A DNA stretch of 64,000 nt, taken from positions 2,458-66,457 of the IMG/VR virus record IMGVR_UViG_3300031760_000013. One strand, given 5' to 3'. How positions within the stretch are numbered: position 1 is the stretch's first letter; every line of letters starts with the position of its first letter. The position numbers and the translations under genes were made by a program. Of the stretch, positions 9,567-19,887 are shown piece after piece. The notes beneath the pieces were generated by a model. It ran no database searches. It was not told the origin of the DNA and was given only the letters and a program-made list of their open reading frames with translations. This DNA comes from a virus. Its lineage: Duplodnaviria > Heunggongvirae > Uroviricota > Caudoviricetes.

Positions 9567-12500
9567 TTAAAACAGCTGTCTGTACGATTTCATCCTGAAA
9601 TATCCGTTTTTGTCTCGCTCGTACGAAGTACAGTATATTATGTCGCCCTTACCTACTTTGGCATGCTCATAATCCCTGTTGTAAATCGTAAACCGGCTTT
9701 CAATACCGCTACCGATTGACTTCGTTGTGATTGAGTAACCGAACTGCTTGCCGTCTTTCTTTCTTCTGACTGGGTAGATGTCTGTAATGTAGAGCTTACG
9801 TCTGTCCTCTTCTCTACCAGACACATAACCTACATACCCCATCACGTCGTAGAAATTCCTGACTTTCAACAGATCACTCAGATCTTCCAGGTGTGCAGCT
9901 TTGATCGCGTCCTCGATCTCTCTCAGGATTTCTCGTGTGTCGAGCTGCGTATAATTCTTAGATTCCTTTCCAGATTTCGTGAAATCGACGGAATGGCGTT
10001 TGACAATTTCCTCGATATGTGTATTCTTGACTTTCTCTTTGGAGATTTGTTTCGCCTCGCCCTTCTTGAACGTGTCGTAGAACATATCCGTTATGCGAAG
10101 AAGCTCCCGCTGGTTCCCAAAATCGGAGAAGAAATCCAGCTTAATTAAGATATCAAGCTGCCGTGTGTTCATGTGCGTCTTCTGATCTATATCAAACAAC
10201 AGATCGCAAAATCTATTGTACTGGTTATTGTGTGCGAGCTCGTAAAGCTCTTCGGCGATCGCGGCGTTCATAAATTTTACAGATGTGAGACCTTTCGCAA
10301 TAATGTTTTTGTCTTCATCGTAGAAGTACTTGTCTCTGGAAAGCCCCCACTTCGGGTTTGTTACGGCAATTCCGACCTTATGTGCGTATTTCGTAATCTC
10401 TGCCGTCTTGTCGGTATTGTCTTGGAATATATTCAGTGCAGCAGTTAAGAACTGTAGCGGGTGATAGTACCTCAAGTACCCACAAATATACCCAATACAT
10501 GAGTAGCTGTCTGAATGGTTCCACGAAAAGGCGTACGCTGATGCGTCAAGGATAACCTGCAAGAACGGTTTAATAACTTTCTCGCATTCTTCCTCTGACA
10601 TCCCATAGTTCTCAATACAGTAAGCTACGAACCGCTTTTCGATTTCTGGCAACAACTGCTCGGTGCCTTTCTTTTTCGCGATACCTCTGCGGACAAGGTC
10701 GCTCTCAGCGGCTGAATAGCCACAGAACTTTACAAGGAACTGCATTATGGTTTCCTGCATAGCGATTCTCCCGGCTTCTGGGGCAAGAAAATCATTCAGC
10801 GCATCAAAACCATTATCGTAAAATTCCCCTCTCGCAACACTGTCTCGGAAACTTGCACATGCCGGACGGATCAAGCCGTTACCGAACGACATCCATTTGA
10901 TCATTGAGAAATTAGGGATTCTTGATCTGGCTTTTTCAAGTGTCTTTTCCGACATGAATTCTCTTAGGTATGCCTGAGCACTATTAGATTCCCATTGGAA
11001 TATCAGCGTTGTGTCTTTTCGAATGCTGTCCCATACGGCCATATCTTCTAGGTCTGTGTTGTCCGGTGTTAACCTCTCAATGCCAAGCATTTTGCACGTA
11101 TCGTTAATCACACCTATATTGTCGAGCCCTAGGATATCAAGCTTCACGTACATCTGATCATCAAGTTCCTTCATGTTTATCATGGAAACCGGATAATCTG
11201 ATGTTGATATACTGCAAAGCCCCATCATTTCATCTATTGGAAGGTCGCTGATCAACACCCCACTAGGATGTGTACCGATTGATACAATCGTACCGTCAAC
11301 TATATCGGCATACCGAAATACTTCCGGCCACTTCTTTCGTGCATTTTCAACGTCCCGATCAACTTCTTTGCTGATTTCGTTTGAAAGATCTAGGTAGTTG
11401 ATTTTCTCATCGTCTTTATATAAAGCTCTGCATACATCACGCACTGCGCCCTTCGTCGCGATTGTGTTGAATGTGATGATTTCTGCAGAGTTGATTGTCG
11501 GAAGCCCCATTTTATCCTTCAACAAGAACTCTTTTATCCTGTCTCGATCCGCACCTGCGTAGTCTGTGTCTATATCGGCGTTTGTTACTCGAGCGGGGTT
11601 CATAAATCTGAAGAAGTTTAGATTAAACTTGAGGCTATCCATCTGCGTTATACCAAGAATGTAGGCAATCATACTTCCAGAGACAGAGCCACGGCTGTAC
11701 CCGCACTGAATACCGTTTTTCTTTTCCCATTCACGTAAGTAAGTCTGCATCAGCATAAAGTCGATTGACTTTGTGGCCTTGTACACTTCAAACTCTTCAT
11801 CGATTACTTTGTCGAGCTCTTCTCGTGTGTGATTTTTAAGCGCATATGGGTGTTTTACCAATGCATCATCAATCTTTTTGCGGAAAGTTTGCTCTGGGTT
11901 GTCATAAATGTGCGGATATTTCGTGCCACAATCCAGTTTGAATTCTTCGACCATATCGGCAAGTACATTCGTGTTGCGAATTGCCTCCATGTACACATTT
12001 TCTTCTAACGAACCCTGTTTTTTATAAGCTTCTACCAACTCATCGTATGTTTTGAACTTTAAATCCCAGAGTTCCTCGCCGTCGAAGTGTATGTTTTTGG
12101 AAAGCTGTAGTATGCTGCGCCCTTTTTCGTGTTCTTCATTCAATACGTGTGTATCTGTACCGGCGATTAATGGGATTGATGTACTCTGACTAAGCGCTGT
12201 AAGCTTCTCATTGTATACGATCTGTTTCTCATCCATGTGATGACCAATTTCAAAGAAACACCTGCCCCTGTTTCGAAGCATAAAATCCAAAAATCGCTCA
12301 CGTACTTCTTCGTCGCCTTTACCGAAAACACCGCCGACACAAGCGGTTGTTATTATAATGTTATCGGTCGTAGCAAACAGTTCATCGAATGAAATTCTCG
12401 GTACATAATAAAAGTGGTTGTCTTTTCTGTTGAAACTTTGTGTTATTAGCTTATTAAGCTCACGGAACCCATCATAATTTCTGGCGATAAGGCAACAGTG

Positions 12501-12761
12501 ATAGTTGTCTCGAACTTTTTCATCAAGCGATGCGGTGAGGTAAGCCTCGATCGCGTGGATATATTTCATCCCAGCAGCTTCAATGGCGTTCTTCTTATGC
12601 CACCACTCGAACACCGAGCCATGCTCACTAAACGCCAGCGCCTTCATACCACATTCTTGGGCTCGTTTTATGTATTCGCCGTATTTTGTTACTGAGTCTA
12701 CGTTTGTAACTCCGTTAGAAAGGTCACTGTGCAAATGATAAACTACATAATTTTCAATCAA
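9567..12761 (-). CDS. dnaE: DNA polymerase III alpha subunit-like replicative polymerase (DnaE family, N-terminal PHP domain)
   Basis: 1064 aa. N-terminus VYHLHSDLSNGVTNVDSVTKYGEYIKRAQECGMKALAFSEHGSVFEW is a PHP-domain start. Length and architecture match C-family polymerases. Confidence 0.8.
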   Translation of the reverse strand: MIENYVVYHLHSDLSNGVTNVDSVTKYGEYIKRAQECGMKALAFSEHGSVFEWWHKKNAIEAAGMKYIHAIEAYLTASLDEKVRDNYHCCLIARNYDGFRELNKLITQSFNRKDNHFYYVPRISFDELFATTDNIIITTACVGGVFGKGDEEVRERFLDFMLRNRGRCFFEIGHHMDEKQIVYNEKLTALSQSTSIPLIAGTDTHVLNEEHEKGRSILQLSKNIHFDGEELWDLKFKTYDELVEAYKKQGSLEENVYMEAIRNTNVLADMVEEFKLDCGTKYPHIYDNPEQTFRKKIDDALVKHPYALKNHTREELDKVIDEEFEVYKATKSIDFMLMQTYLREWEKKNGIQCGYSRGSVSGSMIAYILGITQMDSLKFNLNFFRFMNPARVTNADIDTDYAGADRDRIKEFLLKDKMGLPTINSAEIITFNTIATKGAVRDVCRALYKDDEKINYLDLSNEISKEVDRDVENARKKWPEVFRYADIVDGTIVSIGTHPSGVLISDLPIDEMMGLCSISTSDYPVSMINMKELDDQMYVKLDILGLDNIGVINDTCKMLGIERLTPDNTDLEDMAVWDSIRKDTTLIFQWESNSAQAYLREFMSEKTLEKARSRIPNFSMIKWMSFGNGLIRPACASFRDSVARGEFYDNGFDALNDFLAPEAGRIAMQETIMQFLVKFCGYSAAESDLVRRGIAKKKGTEQLLPEIEKRFVAYCIENYGMSEEECEKVIKPFLQVILDASAYAFSWNHSDSYSCIGYICGYLRYYHPLQFLTAALNIFQDNTDKTAEITKYAHKVGIAVTNPKWGLSRDKYFYDEDKNIIAKGLTSVKFMNAAIAEELYELAHNNQYNRFCDLLFDIDQKTHMNTRQLDILIKLDFFSDFGNQRELLRITDMFYDTFKKGEAKQISKEKVKNTHIEEIVKRHSVDFTKSGKESKNYTQLDTREILREIEDAIKAAHLEDLSDLLKVRNFYDVMGYVGYVSGREEDRRKLYITDIYPVRRKKDGKQFGYSITTKSIGSGIESRFTIYNRDYEHAKVGKGDIIYCTSYERDKNGYFRMKSYRQLF

Positions 12762-13150
12762 CTATCACCTTCTTCCTGTTTAAATTCCCCTAAGAACTCA
12801 TCCAGCTCTTCTGATTTCCATGATTCTGTAACGGCGTCTCTCTGTTCTAAGATTTCCTTAATTTTCGGTGCATTCAGTGGCCTTAACTCCTCCGAGTAAA
12901 CTTCGGCTATGCTGTGTGGCCTCGTACTTGGAATGCCCCAAAACTGTCCATAATTAGCATGTCCTGGTAATATCGTCCTATTCGCGTAGAGGTCACCCCA
13001 AAAAGCGCTAGCGTCGTAATCTGGTGTAGTTCGCGTTACAGATGATGTCCATACATTGCTAGGAGATTCTGTAGCTAATTTATTTGCCCAAGCTTTTAAT
13101 TCTTCGGTAAAAAGTTTTTCGTCGAATTGAATACCAAGATTATCGCTCAT
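12758..13150 (-). CDS. hypothetical protein with C-terminal acidic EELDEFLGEF tail
   Basis: 130 aa; start/stop overlap (ATGA) with neighbours; C-terminus matches the recurrent W.S..LD.FL..F family motif. Confidence 0.45.
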   Translation of the reverse strand: MSDNLGIQFDEKLFTEELKAWANKLATESPSNVWTSSVTRTTPDYDASAFWGDLYANRTILPGHANYGQFWGIPSTRPHSIAEVYSEELRPLNAPKIKEILEQRDAVTESWKSEELDEFLGEFKQEEGDS

Positions 13151-14139
13151 CTTAACCTCCTTCTATGTAGATACAATGTTTTGAACACATCAAGCCCTTT
13201 GTCTACCGGCGAATCTTTGCTGTCTAGTAGCCCATCTTTGTCGTAGATATAGCTTACATTCACATACCTTTTGAGTTTGTTGATGTTCTTATCCTGAGTT
13301 ATGTCAACATCTTTGTCGAGCGCAAATGTCACTTTAACTCCAAGTTTTGCCAGGATTTTCATCTGGTTCACTGATAAATGTGATGTTAATATGGCTGCTG
13401 TACAATGAATCCCCCATGTATCTGCGAGCAAAACGCTCTTGCAGCCTTCAAAAATGATCACTTCCCCAGCTTTTTTGATCGCTTCCATGTTATCAGACAG
13501 CGCGAATAAGGTATTAATCGTGCCAAAACTGAAGTAGTAGCAGTACTTACGCTCACCTTTCTCTTTCCAGTTTGGTGCGGTGGCTCTTCCGCCGACGTTT
13601 ATGATCTTCCCGTTCAAATCTCGTACTGGATACACCAATCTGTCCGCAAATCCATCGTAATAGACTTGGAACTTGTCCAAAGTTTCTCTTGAGATGCCTT
13701 CATTTTCCCAGATTGCAAGCTTGTCAGCACGTTTTTCGTACCTTTCCATGTAATTATCGGGCAAAATCTTGACTTTTGACTCTTTCTGTGTACTTTTTGG
13801 CTTCTGATACTTCTTACAAACTAGTGTAGCAGACATTTTCTCGTATGGCGTGGCAATTTCCCCGTCAATTCCGGCATATTCTTTGATTTTTTGCACTGCT
13901 TCTGCGCTTGTGCAATTAAAGTATGCTTTTATAAACGTAAATAGGTTGCCGCCACCCTTACTACTGCTGTAATCGTACCAAAATGGAGGACTCTTCTTAA
14001 CTGAGAACGACGGTGTATTCTCTGGCGGATATGTGAATGGAGAAATCCCCCAAAACTCTCCGTTTTTTTCTTCTAAATCAACAAACTGCCCTATATACTC
14101 CACAATATCTATGGAATTTATAATTTCCTCGAGTTCCAT
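13147..14139 (-). CDS. DnaG-like DNA primase (TOPRIM domain; degenerate zinc-binding domain)
   Basis: N-terminal region has the primase zinc-finger layout (TPSFSV....GGGNLFTF) but Ser/Tyr replace the Cys residues. Later IIFEGCKSVLLADTWGIH...ALDKDVD matches TOPRIM. Start placed at Met41 (RBS GGAGTGA) to avoid overlap with dnaB. Confidence 0.55.
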   Translation of the reverse strand: MELEEIINSIDIVEYIGQFVDLEEKNGEFWGISPFTYPPENTPSFSVKKSPPFWYDYSSSKGGGNLFTFIKAYFNCTSAEAVQKIKEYAGIDGEIATPYEKMSATLVCKKYQKPKSTQKESKVKILPDNYMERYEKRADKLAIWENEGISRETLDKFQVYYDGFADRLVYPVRDLNGKIINVGGRATAPNWKEKGERKYCYYFSFGTINTLFALSDNMEAIKKAGEVIIFEGCKSVLLADTWGIHCTAAILTSHLSVNQMKILAKLGVKVTFALDKDVDITQDKNINKLKRYVNVSYIYDKDGLLDSKDSPVDKGLDVFKTLYLHRRRLR

Positions 14140-14152
14140 ATTGTCACTCCGC

Positions 14153-15496
14153 TTAGAAAGGTTCAGTAAGCTGGTGTTGTTTCTCGGCTTGTGCGTATTT
14201 GCAGGTTGATCCGTCAAAACGGAAGTCGATCCACTGGTCTTCTGACATCTGTTCCCCATTTCTGTTAAAGATTACACGAATTTTCTTAGTTGCACCCGTC
14301 CCATCAGTCTCAACTTCTGCGAGATCCTTGTCTGAAATTGCGACAACTGTACTCATTGATCTCGCTATTCTTGCACTATCCGCGATTTTCCCAGTAGATG
14401 TTGCTTGGGCAGCTGTAAGCGCTGCGATGCCGAGTTCCCCGGCGATTTTGTTCTTTAATACGTCAGAGACGTTACCAAGGTCCGCGTAAACCGCGAAGCC
14501 TTCTGACTTTGTATTGTCAGCCTTAAGATAGTCTACAACGATGCAGTCAATATCGATCTGATGTTTCGCTTTTTTCGCCGTGATATACAGCGGGTCAGCT
14601 TTTAAGACTGGCATATAAATATGTATGAACTTTTGTTGCTTTAACCAGTCTATTTGTTCTCTGATCGATGCTTCTTCCTCCTCTGTAAGCGCTGCACCAT
14701 TTCTAATTTTCCAGAATTGAATTCCGGTCAAGTGAGAAAGTATTCGCATTGTAAATAATTCATCAGATATCTCTGAGTCTACGTACAAAACGCTTTTCCC
14801 TTTCTTCAGCATTGAAACAGTGATGGTTAACAGCATTGCAGATTTACCAGCTTTCGGGCCGCCAGTGAAACACACACACTCACCAGGTTCGAGAACTACA
14901 TAATCATTCAAAAGCGGAAATGGGAAGCTGATTGCCTTTGTTTCACCACGCTGGCGAGCTTTTATATGCTCCCATGTACTTTCAACTATCTCAGAATACA
15001 ATGGCATACTGTTTGTGCTAGAGTAGCTAGCCATAACGTCGTCCACGCTGTCATAAATTTCCTTCTGAACGTCGTCAATTTTTAAATCTTTACACTTTTG
15101 GATACATCTTTCCAGACACTTACAAGCATCTCTTCGGAACGCACAATCAATGACATTCCCAGCGAGCATTTCATACTCTTCATACGAATTTCTTGCCAGC
15201 GTGTCACTCATATCGATTAATCCGTTTAGTTTATCGACTGTAAGGAAGTCAAGATAACCCTTTGTCTCATCGGAGGAACCAAGTGCCTCTCGGATATTGT
15301 AGGCATCAACTGTCTGCACATTCCTCTGGGCAAGTTCTCTTATGGCTGTGTATGTATACTCGTTTTCCTTATCTGTAAAATGCTTTGGCAAAAGGTTCTC
15401 TGCTCTGAAGTAAAAATCTGGGTGATGTATTAACGTCGCAATAACGCCAGCCTCACTTTCAAGACTGTTAATGTCTTCTACACGCATTGTTATCAC
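14153..15496 (-). CDS. dnaB: replicative DNA helicase (DnaB-like)
   Basis: 447 aa. DnaB N-terminal domain, then Walker A FTGGPKAGKSAMLL and RecA-like core motifs. Confidence 0.75.
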   Translation of the reverse strand: MITMRVEDINSLESEAGVIATLIHHPDFYFRAENLLPKHFTDKENEYTYTAIRELAQRNVQTVDAYNIREALGSSDETKGYLDFLTVDKLNGLIDMSDTLARNSYEEYEMLAGNVIDCAFRRDACKCLERCIQKCKDLKIDDVQKEIYDSVDDVMASYSSTNSMPLYSEIVESTWEHIKARQRGETKAISFPFPLLNDYVVLEPGECVCFTGGPKAGKSAMLLTITVSMLKKGKSVLYVDSEISDELFTMRILSHLTGIQFWKIRNGAALTEEEEASIREQIDWLKQQKFIHIYMPVLKADPLYITAKKAKHQIDIDCIVVDYLKADNTKSEGFAVYADLGNVSDVLKNKIAGELGIAALTAAQATSTGKIADSARIARSMSTVVAISDKDLAEVETDGTGATKKIRVIFNRNGEQMSEDQWIDFRFDGSTCKYAQAEKQHQLTEPF

Positions 15497-16098
15497 CCCA
15501 TTTCCTTGTACTCACAACTATCGCTGTAGGGACATAGCCACCGGCACGCGAAGTAATCGATATACGGCGGAAAATCCTCGCTATCTTTAAGCAGCTCTAT
15601 GTTTTTATCTGCCCATTCAATTGCCTCGTTATATTTATTTTCAGCAAACGGTTCTTCGATGAAAGTATTTGACTTAAAGCAATTGAAGCATAATGATTTT
15701 GGGAATTTCCCGTACTCCTGTTCGACCGCACCGGCATAAATATAGAGCTGCACCAACATGTCATCTAATTCTTGGTCTTTTACTGTTGGCTTAGCCCGTT
15801 TACTGCGTGGTTTCAAATCTCTCGACTTGTTATCCACAACATACAGTTCGCCATCTTTCTCGCCGAGGAAATCTATATACCCGACGAAATTATTGTCGCC
15901 GATTTTGAACTCCACTTTCTTTTCAACGCCAATTTTGTTATACGGGAACGGCTGAAAATCCTTGAAGTATTGCATTCCTTGCGAGATATACTTTTGTACT
16001 GTACTTTCTTGTGGCCGCTCTCCTTGTACCTCGGTTTGGAAACCAAGGAGAAACTTCATAGGCAGCTCTTCCTTGGCAACCTCGCCGTTGTAGTACAT
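15493..16098 (-). CDS. PD-(D/E)xK nuclease with C-terminal Cys cluster (Cas4/RecB-like exonuclease)
   Basis: 201 aa. The IDFL...VVDNKS arrangement fits a D..(D/E)xK core. C-terminus CRWLCPYSDSC resembles the Cas4 Fe-S cysteine cluster. Confidence 0.5.
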   Translation of the reverse strand: MYYNGEVAKEELPMKFLLGFQTEVQGERPQESTVQKYISQGMQYFKDFQPFPYNKIGVEKKVEFKIGDNNFVGYIDFLGEKDGELYVVDNKSRDLKPRSKRAKPTVKDQELDDMLVQLYIYAGAVEQEYGKFPKSLCFNCFKSNTFIEEPFAENKYNEAIEWADKNIELLKDSEDFPPYIDYFACRWLCPYSDSCEYKEMG

Positions 16099-16309
16099 TT
16101 CAAGTAGCCTGTGTATAAAAGACCCGTATGAGGCGTAGAACTTCGGTTCTTCTGGGTAGTTACGTATGTATTTTAGGAACCAGCCCTAGCGATAGGGGCA
16201 TTCATCAAACGTTTTGATCCTACTATAAGACCAAGTCATTGACTCAATCAACGGTCTGTATGAAACTTCTCCTATCTATATCACCCCCTGGCAGCTGCTG
16301 TTACAGCCA

Positions 16310-16678
16310 TCAGAACGGGAGTTCGCCGTCATCAACTTCCCCGTCATCAACTGCTGGAGCTGGAGATGGTGATGCTGCCTGGTTAACTTCTTCAATTTCA
16401 AAATTGAATACCGTGAAGTTTGTATATGTAACGTTCTTTTCTTTATCATATTTGTTTGTTACATCGACATCGCCAAGCTGGATTCTGTCGCCCTCCTGCA
16501 GCAGCGCTGCTTTCTTCGCAGCTTCGAATCCAGCGAATCGTACAAATCCGCCAAATTCCTGCTCATACTCACCAGTGTTTTTGTTCTTTTTGCTGATGGA
16601 AAGTCTCACGTCTGTGAGAGTATTTGTCACCGGTTTTACTTTCCAGATTTTGGCGTAAGCTCCTTTACGAAACCCCAT
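16310..16678 (-). CDS. ssb: single-stranded DNA-binding protein
   Basis: 122 aa OB-fold-like protein ending in the acidic tail DDGEVDDGELPF (compare the canonical SSB DDDIPF tip). Confidence 0.7.
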   Translation of the reverse strand: MGFRKGAYAKIWKVKPVTNTLTDVRLSISKKNKNTGEYEQEFGGFVRFAGFEAAKKAALLQEGDRIQLGDVDVTNKYDKEKNVTYTNFTVFNFEIEEVNQAASPSPAPAVDDGEVDDGELPF

Positions 16679-16684
16679 GATAGA

Positions 16685-16876
16685 TCACTCCTTAGTTTCT
16701 TTATTTACATTCTCCTCGATGGCATACCCATCTGGATCATGTACAACATAATATTCCGCGCCATCCTTCGGCGCTATAGTCCACGACCAGATTCTTTTCT
16801 TGTTCATTGGCTCTGCCATGTAGAACACTCCGGTCAATGCATCTACATTTCTTGGCATATCAAGCGTGATTTTCAT
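16685..16876 (-). CDS. hypothetical protein
   Basis: 63 aa ORF. Confidence 0.3.
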   Translation of the reverse strand: MKITLDMPRNVDALTGVFYMAEPMNKKRIWSWTIAPKDGAEYYVVHDPDGYAIEENVNKETKE

Positions 16877-17130
16877 TTTAACAACTCTCTTTTCTCATAC
16901 CATTTTTTCTCAGGCTCTACAACTTTCAACTTACCAACAATTATGTCTGCATTCGTTTCGAGATCATACCATCCTACAATTGTCAGATATTTGCTTATCC
17001 CATCAGAAATCTTGCGTGAGATATGCTCTACTGCTGCGACCAGATCGTCCGGATTAATCCCGTCATGAGCGAAGCATTTATATCGTGGTAGCACGCACTT
17101 TGCGGCAAGTTCTTTTGTTTTCCCTTGCAC
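16873..17130 (-). CDS. hypothetical protein
   Basis: 85 aa ORF. Confidence 0.35.
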   Translation of the reverse strand: MQGKTKELAAKCVLPRYKCFAHDGINPDDLVAAVEHISRKISDGISKYLTIVGWYDLETNADIIVGKLKVVEPEKKWYEKRELLK

Positions 17131-17245
17131 ATGTTGTACATATACTGTTTCACAATGTGGCGTCCAACTAATGATCGTCCCGCAGTACGGGCATTTTCCC
17201 GTGTATGTAATCGGCGCTCCGCAATTTGGACAGTTATATTTATCT

Positions 17246-17473
17246 TCAGTAAAGTTTTGCGTTACGATACATCTCCTTTAATTCCTCAATTTTCGCAGCC
17301 TGTTTCTTATATTTTTCGGTATCGGCGATATAAGCTGCCTCGTCTCGGAGATATTTCATCAGCTCAGCTAACTCAGTCATCTGCGCTGGAGTCATGACAA
17401 TTTCCTCCGGGTATATTCTGTGCGGCAATGTGTATCTTTCAAGTAATTTATCTGGAAACATTATCGTACCCAC
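17246..17473 (-). CDS. hypothetical protein
   Basis: 75 aa ORF. Confidence 0.35.
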   Translation of the reverse strand: MGTIMFPDKLLERYTLPHRIYPEEIVMTPAQMTELAELMKYLRDEAAYIADTEKYKKQAAKIEELKEMYRNAKLY

Positions 17474-17720
17474 TTAAAAACGTATCCAAGTCGTCCGAAT
17501 CCCAATTCTCTTCTTCCGGCGCATGGCACCAAAATAAACCATCGCTATCTGTTGATAGGTACTTATATATTTTTTGCGATCCATCATTCTTTGTGAACAT
17601 CATTCTAAAATGGGCACCGTCTTCATCGATACTCGTACAGATATACCAATGCCCTCCATTATCAAAAACTGTGTCCCCGATTTTGAAATGTTTCGCAAAA
17701 TAATCCTTCGCTTCTACCAT
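17448..17720 (-). CDS. small protein of the WDSxDLDxFL C-terminal-motif family
   Basis: 90 aa; TSIDEDG core and C-terminus NWDSDDLDTFLSGY; paralogous to 17724..17936. Confidence 0.45.
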   Translation of the reverse strand: MVEAKDYFAKHFKIGDTVFDNGGHWYICTSIDEDGAHFRMMFTKNDGSQKIYKYLSTDSDGLFWCHAPEEENWDSDDLDTFLSGYDNVSR

Positions 17721-17723
17721 TAA

Positions 17724-17936
17724 CTAGATTCCTCTGTCACTATAGAACTCCCCTAAAAACCTATCGAGATCGCAGGAATCCCAACGTTCTCCGTCGTTTT
17801 CAAAAGTAGATATATCTTCTTCGGTCGCATGTTCGAGATGTATATTATTCCCGTCTATACTTGTAACGACGTATGGTACTCCATCAGTGGATAGAATGTC
17901 TCCAATGCAGTAGCTGAAAAAGGTTCTTAGATCCAC
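17724..17936 (-). CDS. small protein of the WDSxDLDxFL C-terminal-motif family
   Basis: 70 aa; TSIDGNN core and C-terminus RWDSCDLDRFLGEF. Confidence 0.45.
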   Translation of the reverse strand: MDLRTFFSYCIGDILSTDGVPYVVTSIDGNNIHLEHATEEDISTFENDGERWDSCDLDRFLGEFYSDRGI

Positions 17937-18263
17937 TTAATCTTCATCCTCAATCATCACAGCCCCGCAAGACGGGCAAAAGTTTGCAGTTGGTTTCTGT
18001 CCAGCCTGCGTATAATCCCAGCCCGATGAATAAATAGTACGACACACCGAGCAGCCCCACGAATTCCATCTCGTATTATCTTTATTCATCCGCTCCCAAT
18101 GCCCGCACCATCGTTTGCCTTTTGCTGCATCAGGAAATTCCGTCAAGTAAGAAGCCAGTTCTTCTGTAAATTTGTCGAAATCCTCGACCGAATGTATGTA
18201 TGGCGTGACTGCACTCATCGCCAGCATCAACGCATTATCCTTTGGAATATATCCTTCTATCAA
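17937..18263 (-). CDS. zinc-ribbon protein
   Basis: 108 aa; CGHW...CSVC...CPSCG cysteine pairs. Confidence 0.4.
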   Translation of the reverse strand: MIEGYIPKDNALMLAMSAVTPYIHSVEDFDKFTEELASYLTEFPDAAKGKRWCGHWERMNKDNTRWNSWGCSVCRTIYSSGWDYTQAGQKPTANFCPSCGAVMIEDED

Positions 18264-18463
18264 CTTGCCAACACCTCAATACACCAAAAAACCAACCTGC
18301 CAAAAATAAGGTAAAACACCAACCCAAGTAATTCTATTAAGCATACCATAATAAATGCTTCCCCGAATCGCATATCTCCACCATCTGTTGCAACCGAGAT
18401 ACTGACTACAATGATTGTTCCAATAAACCAGAGTATCGCTCCGGCTACTATCTTTAAAAACAT
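18260..18463 (-). CDS. small membrane protein (two TM helices)
   Basis: 67 aa, strongly hydrophobic. Confidence 0.4.
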   Translation of the reverse strand: MFLKIVAGAILWFIGTIIVVSISVATDGGDMRFGEAFIMVCLIELLGLVFYLIFGRLVFWCIEVLAS

Positions 18464-18469
18464 CTTAAA

Positions 18470-18655
18470 TCAGTACTGAGGCTCATAATCCTCGATCTCA
18501 AAATCGTCTGCATAGTCTTCCATCGCGTTCTCAATAGCCTCGTGCAATATCTGGGAACATTTTTCGAGATCTTCCTTGCAATCTATTTTATTTACAGCCG
18601 CAAGATCCATTGCCGTTAGTTCAAACTCAAGAATATCAGTTGCTTTAATACTCAT
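18470..18655 (-). CDS. hypothetical acidic protein
   Basis: 61 aa ORF. Confidence 0.3.
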   Translation of the reverse strand: MSIKATDILEFELTAMDLAAVNKIDCKEDLEKCSQILHEAIENAMEDYADDFEIEDYEPQY

Positions 18656-18951
18656 TCGCCAAGCCCCTTCTTCAATAAAGTAATCGCGTCATCAAAAATT
18701 CTGTCATAATCGCACCACCAGAATGCGTTATCACCACTATCATCCAATTTCCCGTAACCATACGGGCAATTCCTGCATCTATCTCCCGGTACATGAGCCT
18801 CCAGGCAATCGGATGCAGATACTACATTTTCTATGTCTGCGCGTGTCCTCTTCTCTGTACAGAAGACAACTGCTCTACCGACAAACTCGCCGCTCGGCTT
18901 GCACATTTCTCTTTTGGAGTCATAATCTATGCAATCATCACACCATTTCAT
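18652..18951 (-). CDS. cysteine-rich hypothetical protein
   Basis: 99 aa with more than 10 Cys (WCDDCIDYD...CRNCPYGYG). Confidence 0.4.
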   Translation of the reverse strand: MKWCDDCIDYDSKREMCKPSGEFVGRAVVFCTEKRTRADIENVVSASDCLEAHVPGDRCRNCPYGYGKLDDSGDNAFWWCDYDRIFDDAITLLKKGLGE

Positions 18952-19149
18952 ATTCCACCTTCACCTTTTTATTCCGTTTGGTTTGGTTCTTATAGCATTT
19001 CTTACACGCATTTCTTGGATTAATCTTTTTACTTGGGCACCATTGTGGATGATCACAACCTACACAAATCTTCTTATGAAGTTTGCGATATAATCCCTTC
19101 TGCATTAGTTACCTCATTGGATATACTGCCAATTTTTTTCTTGTCATGC

Positions 19150-19473
19150 TTATTTGTCCTCCTTCGGAGTCCAGTGCGACCACTCTACGCATCCTCTTCC
19201 AGTAGGGTCTGGGTCATAGCAGAGGTTCTGTCCCCAATGATCGTTGTAATGAAAAAAATTGCACGTACTGCAATCCTTTTTTGTTTCAGTGTTTACAGGC
19301 TTTTCATCTTCTTCTCCTCTGAGCTTACGACCACATAATGGGCAGAATTTTATGTCGCGGATATAGTCAAACCCGATTCCTCCATCCCAGTCTGAACTTT
19401 CATAAAGCGTATCTCCTTCTTCATGACACCTACAAAATTCACAACCGTCTTGATCGTCTTTCATTATGTTCAT
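19150..19473 (-). CDS. cysteine-rich zinc-ribbon protein
   Basis: 107 aa; CEFCRCHEEG...CPLCG...CSTC. Confidence 0.4.
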   Translation of the reverse strand: MNIMKDDQDGCEFCRCHEEGDTLYESSDWDGGIGFDYIRDIKFCPLCGRKLRGEEDEKPVNTETKKDCSTCNFFHYNDHWGQNLCYDPDPTGRGCVEWSHWTPKEDK

Positions 19474-19482
19474 TCCTCCACA

Positions 19483-19716
19483 TCATAAAAGATCATAAAG
19501 GGCAATATTAAGCGCATCAATACGTTCTACCACTGTTGCGAGTGCGTCTCTTGCTTCTATCAGTGCACCATCCTCATAATCTTTTAGAGTCTGTTTGATT
19601 AATGCTATGTTTTCTTCGTCATTCATTTTTATGTCTTCACTCGAAACGGCAGTATTCATCTCGTAACCACTCATAATTTGGGTCTGTTTCAATTTCATAT
19701 GCGGATAGATAGCCAC
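19483..19716 (-). CDS. hypothetical protein (start probably at an internal Met near 19626)
   Basis: ORF overlaps 19637..19885 by 80 nt as drawn. Confidence 0.3.
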   Translation of the reverse strand: MAIYPHMKLKQTQIMSGYEMNTAVSSEDIKMNDEENIALIKQTLKDYEDGALIEARDALATVVERIDALNIALYDLL

Positions 19717-19885
19717 TCAAAATCTTTCTGGCAACCGCCATGTAATGATTCCTTTGATGATTGTGTTCCAAAATATATGGTAGACTATTTGCCAATCCGA
19801 GTGCCTTTCTGTAATAATAATACTCTGGTTGTTCGAGATCGTCTGTGTCGATATATACGTCTTTTCCGACTTTCACTAAACTCAT
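19637..19885 (-). CDS. hypothetical protein
   Basis: 82 aa ORF. Confidence 0.35.
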   Translation of the reverse strand: MSLVKVGKDVYIDTDDLEQPEYYYYRKALGLANSLPYILEHNHQRNHYMAVARKILSGYLSAYEIETDPNYEWLRDEYCRFE

Positions 19886-19887
19886 GC

